Source: Balanoglossus misakiensis | Lineage: Eukaryota; Animalia; Hemichordata | Assembly: GCA_040954595.2 (NCBI GenBank) | Contig: CM082580.2 | Span: 8,286,390-8,350,389, forward strand | Length of the DNA: 64,000 nt | Direction of reading: 5' to 3' | Part shown: positions 42,201 to 54,611 of the stretch, piece by piece | Numbering within the stretch: the first letter of the stretch is position 1 | Layout: each line of letters begins with the position of its first letter | Made by a program: the position numbers and the translations under genes | Notes under the pieces: generated by a model | Database searches by the model: none | The model's input: the letters and a program-made list of their open reading frames with translations, nothing else | What the model was told of the DNA's origin: nothing

Positions 42201-45200
42201 ATTATGTAGTTATAGAAAAAGTACAAGCTCAAATTGATTATGCGTGCAGACGGCATTGTAGGTCGAGCCTTTGGTTGGGTGTTTTTATAAAAAAACAAAA
42301 ACATATTTATCGTTAGACATCAAAAGTTAAAATCAATCGCGACAAAGTGTATCATCAAGTCTCGAGTGGATTATCAAGTGGGATTCGCTAAACATGCGTC
42401 ATCAAAATGTTGTTTACTACAAGTGTCTTGTCATTTTACGCAAGGCACTCGTCTTATGGGCGCGTCACTGAGTCACGTGGCGTCTCGGGCGGTGCGACGT
42501 TTCGTAACTATAACATTTTGATTGATTTGAGTCCAAGCCTCACGTGACGAGAACTGAGAAATACACGCGCACGCGCAGAGATGCGTGGGAACCACAAATG
42601 CGACCCTTTTTATCTTCACAATCAAGCATTGCCGATCAGATAAACGCGAAGCGTAGAGACAGAGCATGAGAAGAAAAACCACACATGGAAGGGAATATTT
42701 TCTGTTATCTGATCAAACATATTTTGTGAACCATCTTAATAATAAATCATGGATTACAGTGCAAAACAGAAATTGATTGAAAGCAAGCCGCCGACGATGA
42801 ATCCCGTAGTTTTAGGAAGCAAAAGTGTATTACGGAAACATTGATAGGCAAAAGAATATCAAAATGTGTCAAGATTAACATCATAAAATGTTTTGTAAAA
42901 TTGTCTGAGTGTCGGTTATTATCATTTAGTGCAAAATCCCGCAGGGATTATTTTCTTCTTCAATCAACTCGTCTGATCGAATATTGTTCCAATACTCTTT
43001 CACTGACAGATGATATGTCTTCGCCTGGAACCATTCCATGATTATTTTTTTGGCTTAAGGGAAGAGCGACAATTCTGTGCAAAATATGCCAAAACGCTCT
43101 GAAACAGATTGGATAATGGATCACAATATTTCACAACACTGGGATCATATAACTACGTTTTATTTAAAAATAGACGTGGGGATATGTAACCGCGCTCAGT
43201 TTGGCCTCAGTGTTGTCTTTCATGGCGTCCCAACCTTATGTAAATTGAAAGATGTTTTTTTTCGCCAGAGCACGCGCCGAATCTTCAGGTGCGCACAATG
43301 TGCATGGTGCAAGTTTTATAAGAAGCCGATTAAAGCATTTGGATCGGAAAGCTCGAATAGTCTTCTCGTAAATCACGAAAGACGTCAATAGCAAGGCTGG
43401 TGATAACCAATACATCAGAAGGATGTATTACGACGGCATTTGTACTTGTAAAGCGAGAAAGACTAATTCGGCATACAATAACTATCTACTTCTCGGTATT
43501 ACTGTTTACGGCTAGGCACGAATGAGACTAAAAGCGCCTGCCCGGCTGCCAGCAGCGAGAGACGGCTTTCATTTCGCGCTCTCCTATAAACGCTCGATTA
43601 TCCCTCCCGGGCAACGTTACATCTATTTCAAAGGATATGTGCCGTTTCCGCGTCAAACGAGCAAGGTAGAGGAGACTTTATATACACGTGGGTTCAATAA
43701 CATCAAGAATACAGAAGAACTGCTAAACGTTTTTGCCGCCTAAAATGTGTGCCTTCTTCGTTAGTTCTTTTGACGAACTCCACTGTACAGTTGTGGCGGT
43801 TACTGTAAGTGTATACTTGTTCCAACTAAATTACTAGAAAGTCGAGATTAACATGGACACGGTGGTTATTTTGGTTCATTCGTGGCTTAGGCTAATCTTC
43901 AAGATTTGGCGACAAATGTATTATCCTTGTAGGTGTGCTAAGCTCAACTTTTTTATATGTTTCCCCGTTTTATGGTCAAACACTCGTAGAAAAATATGAG
44001 AAAAAATAAGATGCTCTTATTACTCGAGTTATATCGATCTGTGTAGCATGACTCCGAGCGCAGAAATAAAACACAGCGATTTACACACACCAATATTTAA
44101 GGGACCGTCTCCGGTTTTCTCACTAGTTCAAAAAGAGAAACCAAATATATCAATTTCGCAATCCGCCATCTTGTCTGTTGCTATAATATAGAACAGTACA
44201 CTGCCTTATGGCATTGACTGTATATACTTTTTGTAGCCAGAATCTCTGGTTTAGGCACATGCGCGTAAGACGATCGTCGCCTTTTAAGGTTTCCTAAAGC
44301 TGAGAACATCACAAAAAAAGATGACATGACATGATCAGATCGCGTGACTGGAATATGGCAAAGCAAAACGGTGGTACTAAAAAATACGCCAGCTCTGACC
44401 CATGGCATAAAATTAATCTTGCAAGTTGAAAAGGAAGACCTGTCTGTTGGAAGGGGGAAATGTCTCGCGCGCCACAATGAGTACAGAAACTATAACGCTT
44501 ACAACAACACCACCCGTGGCATTTCACGCGATTCGTTTGATACTGTGCTTTGTATGTAAAGGTCTGAAACGGTATGAAAAAGAAGTTGTCACGGGACATT
44601 TCAATAGTGCTATGTCGGCGTGGCATTTAATGTGTGTCTGGGGTGTACATCCATGCATCGTGTACACGTATTCCCCTTTCTGTGAGTCTAACCGATAATT
44701 GCATTCTCCTATAGGCAGAAATGGTTGCCGAAATATCAATCTGTTCATAGAAGGTCCTTTACGACGATTGATATAGCTGAAGCATATTGGAATGAACTTT
44801 GGCGAAGAATGACTCCGTGAGCGGATCTTCCTGGCAAGTGCCAAAAGAAAGATCATGGCATCTCCCCACCACTGTTCGCAACCAAACGCGCGAATGCGAT
44901 TTACACACGGTTCATTAGCGCAACCCATTATGCGGTGCTTAATATCAAGTTGACCTCTTTTCGTCAGAATTTGAGAATGGCGAGTCTTGTTTGTGTAGAC
45001 GACAATACGACGCTGGGAATAGGCATTTCGCCTGGTGGTTGTACTGAGCGAGTTTCGTAGTTGAATTTAGTCAACGTGAATTGAAAGTAAGACAAGGATT
45101 ATTTGATGTTGCAGCGCAAATTGATAAAAAAACGATAACTGATTAGCATGGATGGAGACGCTGTGGCAAGTGGGAGCGACGACCCTTCATTGAAATGATG

Positions 45201-47320
45201 ATTGCGTAACAGAATACTCACTTGTGGAAAATGCATTGTTTCTTATGAAACACGACTATCATGTAATGAAGTTGACATTTAAACGCCAACCGGATCAAAA
45301 TACATGCATGTACAATTTCTACAAACGGCGACGTTCTGGTTTAGAGACTAAAAAACGTTGCATAACAATAGATTGCACCAAGGCGCGTCATCATTGCCGA
45401 ATCACTGTACTGCAGATCAAGATTCCTGCGCCGGATCGAAACTTCACTGGTAGTCAGAGCTCCAGCTTGCGCATCAATTGGTTCGTCTGTTGTAAATTGT
45501 TGTTACGTATTCCTCATTTCTGGCATTGACATACACGGTGTACCTTGTGTACAGACATTTCATTTTGAAACTTCATTGACAGTCACGTATACTTTGACGG
45601 ATCATCTCTCTGGCCACTTTCTTGATTCCCGCCATATCGCAGTTTGCCTGTTTCCCTCTGCTTCCGCTGGTTTCAATTGCAAAGGCTGACATCTTTTGAG
45701 TCATTAAGATTTATATTCTGTTTTTTTTTCTTCGTGCCGATGCCATTGTGTTTCTCGGCTGACCTTATTCAACCTTCGATTCAATTATCCGTCGGCTTGC
45801 ATATCAAATTTACAGAAAAAAACCGATGTTCTCCTAATTCCGGTGTCCATTAGTGAAATTGATTTCGTTTTCTCGCAAGTTCAGCTTGGCATGTTTTAAT
45901 ATCTGTTTTGATTGATTGTTTATCTAACTGCATAGATGTCAACCGGCAGATGGGGGGGGGGGGTGTTTGTCAATGACACCGCGTGGTTTTTTTTCAAGGC
46001 GCTTGTTTGTCAACTATTGCATAATTAGTCACTCCTTCTTCACAAACGAGGCTCGCATCCTGTTGTCAATAACTATAGATATCTTCCAAAATCCCAAAAA
46101 GAAGATTTCTTTCGACACCGAAAGTTACCAATATGACCAACACAGAGAGAACTTCTCAAACCGAAACAAGGAGACTCACGACAACCAAACAAAAATAGAA
46201 TTCACGAATAACGAAAACAACACCGTGGCCCTGATAAGCTTCCGCAGAAACCGGTGAAACCTCACCTCAATCAAAGGTGTCAAATGGCCAATGGATACCA
46301 TCGGGAATAAGACTATATACGGTCAGTGGTGACATCCAAGGTTGGCAAACAACCCCCCCCCCCCCGCTAAAGAACTAATTGCTCAGAGCTAAGCGAGGCG
46401 TGAGGAAACTTTTTTGTCCTACTGAATTCGCGCTCGAGTTGTTCTGATGCAAAGTTACGCCGACTGTCTCGCTTACACGCACATTAGATCCGGTCGAGAC
46501 GCGCGCGCGCGGCTGCCGGGCGAGTCTGTACAGTCAAGCCACCGTGAGTTGAGACACCACAGTCAGGGAATCCTAGACACACGCACAATCACATTTAGGG
46601 TAGGATAAACTGCGTTACATTTCTGAACAAACGGAATTTCCCCTGAGCTGAGACTGACCTGGCTCACCCCCGTTTAGATTACTTTCAGTTCGGATGAAAT
46701 CGGAGACCCTCCTCTTTTGCGTCAGGGGGGTAACTCGATTACCGAGTTTCATTCTCACGGAATCAAGGAATACTCACCCAATTCCACCGCGTGACTTCTC
46801 TGATGTTCCTACAAGCTGTCGGCTATTATCTTTCAATTTCCGTCGTTTTTTCTCTTCGTCTGATTATAATTGCAATCTTCGGAAGGGCAACTAAAACAAA
46901 ATAGATTTCTGTATTGTGTTACCGGTCGTACACCTTCCGAACCGATTTCATTTTGCCAGCGAATTACCTGGCATTCGCCTCTCTGAAATAAAATCAAAGA
47001 ATGCAAGAACGTGTTACCTCTGGGCAAATGTTCTGTTATTTTCATAGAAAATTAGAAAATCACGATCGTAGCCTGAAACCTCCAGTGGGAAAGCTTATTT
47101 TATATACAGCTTATATAATGGAAATGTAAGCTGCCAGACGTTAGCCCTAATGCTCATATACGTGTCGGTTATAGAGATACAATCATCGGATACTTCGAAA
47201 CGATCATGGTCTTAGCTTTCTCTCCCATCCTCTCGAATGATTGGTCGGCTACAGCCGATCTGTCCAGGCTGTTTGACATAACCTAATTGTCGTCCACCCG
47301 GCCTAACTGACACTGTGGTC

Positions 47321-47410
47321 GTCCGTCCGTCCGTCCGTCCGTCCGTCCGTCCGTCCGTCCATCCATCCATCCATCCATCCATCCATCCATCCATCCGTCC
47401 GTCCATCCAT
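47321..47410. repeat. Compound (GTCC)n(ATCC)n tetranucleotide microsatellite
   Basis: A gtcc run switches to an atcc run; degenerate copies continue to about 47560. Confidence 0.92.
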
Positions 47411-50400
47411 TCATTCTTCCGTGTGTCGGTCCGTTCGTCCGTCCGACCATAGACTGTCTATGGTCTGACTGACTGTCTGTGTCCGTCCGTCGCATCGCCC
47501 CCTTCATCCATCCGTCCGTCCCTCCATCGATCGGTCCATCGACCCACCCAACCACCACTCATTCAAACTCACCTATCCACAAAATCATTCGGTCATACTC
47601 AAAGTCTCCATTCGGATATATCCGGAAGCCGGACTCCGCATGGTTTGATCATACCCCCAACAAATAAATTTGGTCTGATACGCACCTGTCAATCATCTGT
47701 CTGTCCCCTCATCGCACACCCATCTTACTCATATTTTCTATTAACCTTTCCACTCGTGCTCATTGATGCATTTGGCATTCATCCTACTATATACCGAAGA
47801 TCCCACCCATACCACGGAACGACATCTGAGCTCTCGAAACTACATCATTCTGTACTTTATCTACAGTCAAGCCCAACAATCTATATCCGCAGCTATCATG
47901 CGCAGCGCTTTCGGCGCGTAAATATTTGATAAACTTTGAGAAAAAAATGTGAAGTGTCCTCATGTGAGAGCTTCCCGAATTATCAACGAAATTTGCAAAG
48001 CTGGCTCAGGAATGAAAATAAATACCAACACTATGGGTCGTCATCGCGAAGTTCAGGTAGCGTCTGGTCGGTTGCTAAAGGCGGGGATCGGGTTTTCTGG
48101 CAGACGGTATATCGCGCACACGATGCAAAGGCTGTTGTACAAGTATGAAGAATCGTCTCTCTCGAACAATCAGAAGTTAAAGTGCTGTCGTGGGGAGATT
48201 CAATCATTATCACGTCAACGAAAATGATTGCGCGGCGATCGAGGGCGATAAGTGGCAAATGACGCCGTGTTTCGACGACGGGATCAGTGTTTCCCCCGTG
48301 CCGGGGCGCAACCAAATTGAACACGTATGGGAGCAAATCACCCTGCTCACAGTCGGTCTTGATAAGGCGCCTGGAAGACAGGCCCGAATGAGCTCATGCT
48401 ATGTACCACACTGTGGCCGTAATAACTCTGAAACGGAGTCAACACGCGATGAATTCTATCTCACTGCTCTCGCCGCTTTGGCAATTGCATATAGGTATCG
48501 TATATCACACAGACTCCTGGATGCGTCCCACACCTTCTTAGATGGGTTCGCAGCGGGACAACTCTGCTTTATACGCTGCAGATATATGCGTTTAGCTTGG
48601 GGAATGGAGAATATGTCATCCAAACCTGGCCTGCCTATACAAACGCTATTTCCTGAACCTGCTTGGGTAGATACGATTATACCTGTGAAGTGAACGTGAG
48701 TGATGTCACGAAATACACGGCTGTACAAAGAACCGGTGATAATTCCCCAAATATCATATTATCAAAAGCATATGATTTCGCGTAATCTTTTTTTCCAATG
48801 TCGTTTATAGGATACCTATTGGTGAAAATGTCATCGCATTTGAACAGCAAATAAGCGAGAAAAAATTCAGGCATTCTGTAAAACATGGGTAATTTGGCAT
48901 TATGGTAGCTTTGCCTTCTTATTCTCGCACCATGCAGAATGTCACCAAAGTAACAGACTACAGAAGCTTCCTTGTGTCAAAATTTAATAGTCAATGTCCT
49001 GTATACACTACACACTGGCGCAAGTAATCGCCCACGTTTATAGTGTATAACACACTATTTGTTACCACGAAAAAAATGTTCCCGTTGTAAAAAAAAATGA
49101 TAACCTATCATCGGCTGCGATTGAAGTAGTTTAACGAGTCGGTGCGTGGCAGCTTCTCCTGGATAATCCACTTTACGAACAGATAATGATATATAATGCG
49201 ATCATGCAACATACGTTTCTGATGGTTCTCATTGTCGCGGGTCTTTCGATGTGGGTAGCTCTTTTTTGCCATGCAGCATAGGATTATAACGTAATGAAAT
49301 TTTAATGCAACGATTACCCGACCTGCGCTGAACTCGGTCTGGTTGTTTTCACGGTGGTTTCCAGTGGGATAAGAGCAAAAAGGGAGAGAGGAAAGAGCGC
49401 AAAATGTCACTGAGTCGTCGCCTTCCCGGAGAGTGGAAGCTTAATTGATCGTCGTGTGAATTCTACGTTTCGCGTATACAAGGTGATTTTTTACTGTTGG
49501 GGTGGTGAAGATTGACGCATGCGTGATACAGATCGATCAGACAGCCGTTCTTGCGACAATTTTTGCACAGGCCTGTGCTATCCCTCAGGTTGCCGCCCGA
49601 TATGTTCAGATGTTCGAAATAGAGTTGTTACAGCGAATTTGTTGAGATAGCGATTTTGCTCCGTGAAGTCTCGTGAGACCTTGACCAGATCGGTATTTCA
49701 TTTTATAGAACCGGCCATCATCTGCTAATCACGAAATATTGTTCTGTTGGGCAAATTATTGATTACAAAATTTACGTCCTTTCAAAGTTGGCGCCGGAAT
49801 ACCCTTGTCTCTTGTCCTTAAACCAAACTTTTAATTTCTCTATAGTTCTGCGAAAAGACCCTCGTTTCTCAAATTGTGGCTCTTGAATAAACATTGCCAA
49901 TGAATGAAGTCTTGGAACTCTAAGAGACAGACGTTCAAATAGACCGATTGTTGTTGTTATTTAACTCATCGGAGATGCCCGCTTTTCAGACTGCCTAAAT
50001 GCAAAGAGTTTTCCACTGTAAACAAGAATTCCAATTTAAGTACACAATTCGCCAACAAATGAGGTTAGCAGCGCGAGTTCGTCGCCGTCGGTCGAGTAAT
50101 TGTTAGAATTGTTTGTAAGGGCAAAACGCCGAGACTGCGTGGTCCCGTTAAGTGGACTGAAATGCGCTATGAATTGAACCCACGCAGCGTAAAACACCCG
50201 AAATTCACAGAAAAAACATCTATCAATTGAGGACAGCGCTTCGGCAAATTTGTTTTTGTTTTAACGTTCGGAGGTCGAACGGGTTAAAACGACCGACCTT
50301 GGCCTTTACAAGTTAATGGGCAGGTGGGAGAGTCGGATGATGGTTTATGTCAATTACTTTGTCTCGAAAATACACATTTACGTTATGTTAACATTTGTCT

Positions 50401-51881
50401 GTTAACCGTTTGCCCATTTCGCGCTCGGATTGGCATTAGTGGACACAAAGAGAAGCGTATATGTAGAATATTACGTAGGTGATTTGTTAGTTTTATGTTA
50501 CCCACTATATGCCGTTAGACTGCGGTTGGACTGGAACGACAGACACGAGATGAAGAATGTAAATAAATTACGCGGTTTGTTGTGAGCTGCCAGTGTGTGT
50601 GTTGATTCATATTTTCTTCAAGTGGTTTTCTTTCCAATTAAAACGGCGGGGGGAAACTCAAACAGACAAAATGTCTGCTCTCTAAAAGTCGATCAATCTG
50701 TCGGCAGAACGCCTGGCACCTATATGAGTCCAGCAGATCGATAAAAAAATCTTACTTATGGCCGGTATACAATATAGTGTACCACTATAGCTGTATATGA
50801 AAGATCGTGTCACCAAAATCTGCCATATCGCGATTAAAGACGTACGCGCCAGCTCGATTTTTAATGAATTTATCGATTTTAAACCGGACACACAATAACA
50901 ACACTCAAATCGGTAACTTCCGAATCGGATCGGCCTTTTGGAAGATGGCAGAATGTTTGGTCACATTAAAGTTCCATTAGCTCTGACGTTTGACTATTTA
51001 TATGCAGTAGTTTTTGTTCGCTGTAACAATGCATTGCAGTTTTTTGTTCCACTCCCTGGGGCATCCATCAACATATATCTTGTCAGCAATCGCAGCACGC
51101 ATGCGCTCACCCCACGATTTTGATTGTGAACTGCTTTGACTCAGTCACGATCTGGTTAAATGTCAAATTTATGAAAATCGCATGTGATTGGCGTGGCACG
51201 TGCCGACTATACATGTGTGACCGGGATTTTTGTGATTTTCTGATATAAATATATATATACAAAGATAATGCTTAGTTTCTGATAATTCATTGGCGGTGGT
51301 GTTCACCCAATGACTGTCCAGTATTTGCATAATACTATACGTATTTGCATGCGAACTTTGACCAGGTGTACGGCGCCCTCATGAAGCAAAGAGACACAAC
51401 CGTTCTCTTTGCTGACTTGGCCGCTGCTAGTAGGTTGGTAATTTTTTCCTCTCCCTTTTAAATCGCCCATCAAAGCACTAAATTATTGACATCCACCCCT
51501 ATAATTGAGATATAATGATGTGTTAGTGTTTCAAGAACCATCATCTGTAATATTTTGAAAGGATGTTCAGTGATTTTTGCTGGAAATATGTGAATATTGG
51601 ACTCGAAAAGCACTTTATGCGCCGTAGTATTTTCTGTTAAGTATGCTCTGTATATTTTCTTTGGTTTTGTAAGTATTGTAATTCTTTTTCTCTCTCTCTT
51701 TGCTGGCTTGGCCGCTGCGAGTAGCCAAGCACACACGGAGCCGCTGACCAAAGAAATAAACGTGATGAACATACCGGTACATTAATGCGTGTCGGGTCAG
51801 TGTATACCGTATAGCTGTGTCCCCTGAGCGAATGGGTTTGAATGCCTAATACACAACGCAATGCCCAACAACAACAACATT

Positions 51882-52143
51882 AACAAGCCTACAGAGGGGG
51901 TCACACATTGTAGGACCTTACACGGTGAGTTTAAAGAATTGTTTACGTTGTTTTGTGCATACTTGCTCCAACTACACTATAAACATCATGCATACCTCTT
52001 ACAAGCGTTATCAAATTTGATTTAAACACACAAAGACAGACAGACAGAGCGAAAGGGACAGTTAGACGGACGGACGGACAGACAGACAGACAGACAGACA
52101 TCGGTATAACAGTAGATCCTGTGTGTGAACACGGGAGCTAAAA
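51882..52143 (-). mobile_element. Putative Helentron-associated (HINE/DINE-like) short element
   Basis: Minus strand starts TTTTAGCTCCCGTGT-TCAC-ACACAGGATCT (imperfect 11-bp hairpin), is followed by a (GTCT)/(GTCC) microsatellite at 52035-52100, and ends ...GGCTTGTT. The left boundary is uncertain. Confidence 0.5.
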
Positions 52144-54322
52144 ACGTTGGCATTTCAACAACTCATTCGGCGATTGAAATTAAAGCTAGATTCCTGTTTC
52201 AATCTCCTCTACGGGTAAAATCAGGATAAATGCCGCCGTCAGCCTGCTCAGAGACTGTCGAGTAAAAGAATCCTACCCTGCCGAGAGCAGCAGAATCAAT
52301 CTTTGGCTCAGCCAGCAAACAACAGAAGGATAAAATATCCTGAATACATTCTCATCCATGTGCAGCGCATATAGTATACCGACCTCTTGGACAGCACGTG
52401 CGCACCAGCTAAATTGGTTCGCCAGACCTCGAATCAGCCATACACACTTCAAGCAAGTACACTCATCTTAGCTTTTGTTCTCTCCGCATTTCCAGATCCC
52501 GACAAGCTACTGCATTTCCAGTCGAGAGAATGTGTATTTTAAGGACCCTGTTTTTTTGAGTGCTGCTAGCTATCACGGCAAATATCAAACTCATAGAGAT
52601 TATGTAACCTTACCTTTCTGAGGGTGTATAGGCAGTTTGTCTGGGCCTTGTCGGCAGTGCACAAACCAGAACTAACTTTTCCCACTGCTCAGATAAATGA
52701 AACTAAATTCAGTAGTTGAATGAATGTAGCATGGTCACCGTGCTCAATTTTGAGATAAATTTTGTTGAATGTTTTGACTCGTAGAAAAACCATAGGCGAA
52801 AAATTCCTTACTCGGCAATTTTTCATTATGAACTAATCTCACGGCCTGGTGTATGTTGTGTGTTCTATGATTAAAAGACAGTCAAACTGATCTCGTGTTT
52901 TGCGCCATTTTCTCATGAGCGCCAAATTTGCCCATGTTCTACACCGGTCACGTGACGCGTCATGTGCAAACCAGCTCGAAAGTTGTTCCGCTTCTGAAGC
53001 CCTAGAGCGCAACACTAAGAGATACATTAGGTAAAACGATAAAGATAGAAAGGCTGAAAAACGAAGCGGTTATATCGATATGTCAAGATATGCGGAAAAA
53101 AATAGCCCTCGGTCTTTGTAAGACGACTCACGTCGAATTAGCCGAAACAACTTCGGGTCAATTTAATTTCCATCGCAAACAAAATGTTGTCCGTCCGTTT
53201 ATCAGACTGCGATGGGATCAAATGTTGGCTGTTGGGACTTACAGACACATTTGAACGATTGACAGACTTGAGCTGAGGTGACAAGGTCCAGAATTTCTGA
53301 GATGAACGCCCAATGCATGCACACATCGGAAACGTTTTCAGCGGCCTACAGTCTCCAGTTAGTGGGAGAGTAAGAGAGAGAGAGAGGCATGATTACTAAT
53401 TAGCACGGGGATCGAGATTAAAGTCTTAGGTAATATTTAGCCATTTCCCCGGAGAAAGGGAACGGTTTTCTCATCATCATCTCCGAAAGATATGCAACTC
53501 TCAATGCGGGAAGAAAAAAAGATTAAATCGGTGTCTGTCGAGTTTCAGGTGGGAAGTATATCACCAGTGTCACTGGAGACGGTCCGGGGAAAAAGGCTCG
53601 TGATTTCTCATCAATGGATGACGTACAACTCAAAATGGAAGCAGCAACATTTCCCCGCAGCGTGCGCGGCACTTCAGAAAAAAATCAAAGTAAAAACTTT
53701 GCGGGCACCGTCGGCAAAGAAAAGGTCAGTATTCAATAAAACCAAACGTGGATGCGAAGGTTTCGTGTTTTCATCAAGCAGAAGAGAGTAGACTATGTGG
53801 TCTTTGACTGTATTGGCTTCACCAAAAGGGCAAAGGTCATTCTGAAAATTATGCATAAATGGACGAGCTACTTGTATGTCTTTGCACGGGCAATGAGAGG
53901 TATACATGTATAAGCATGACATAGAAGAGATTGTCCGGAAAGTTAATTATCTTTAATTGGATAAAACACAACTGCCTTTAGCCTGTTAAATGCTGAGGTT
54001 GGTAATATGATTTATAAACAAGTCGATCAGTTGATGATTTTCGGCCAATTGGAGAATGCAGAACGTTACGATCACTTATGTGCATCTTTAACAATTGCGT
54101 GTGTCCGCTAAACGACTGGGACTGTCAAATCACGACGGCCTCAACATATGGTAATAACGTGGGTAGCCAGAAGGGATTATTGGCCTCCAACTGTATACAT
54201 GTTGCACAGGCTTCAAAGAAAACGTAGTATGCAAAGCTTACCCGGGTTAAATTGCAATGTTACATTACTGAGTATCACGTAACATGGAAAGAAGAGATAG
54301 AAATGCGGCTAAGACCATATCA

Positions 54323-54611
54323 GGCCAAAGCAAAGAAATTGTCTGTTTCGCGTCCACTGAAAATTATTAAATGTACATGAAGGCTGGGAGGTTATAAAAC
54401 ACACTACACACAGTGACGTTCCGAAATACACACCGTCATTAGCAGCCTTCAATTTACACCACATAGTCAAATGGTTGTGATATAACTGCCGTAAAAGAGT
54501 ATTTTACTGTAATGGCCTGTTTAATCGAGGATATACCGACGATGATAGACATTTCTGCAAGATTGTGTTTTTCCTGAATACGCCGAAACAAAGAATTTAC
54601 TTATTTTGGCC
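54323..54611. mobile_element. Degenerate Harbinger-like MITE, about 289 bp
   Basis: Left end GGCCAAAGCAAAGAAATTGTCTGTTTCGCGT versus reverse complement of right end GGCCAAAATAAGTAAATTCTTTGTTTCGGCGT. Flanks are TCA/TTA (decayed TWA TSD). Confidence 0.55.

Noticed and set aside
47212-47558. Repetitive MDGW/TDGR ORFs
   Set aside because: Translation of the tetranucleotide microsatellite.
48290-48345. PGRNQIEHVWEQI resembling the Tc1/mariner SPDLNPIEHVW motif
   Set aside because: No other recognisable transposase motifs or TIRs nearby. At most a very decayed fossil; a tBLASTx/HMM search would be needed.
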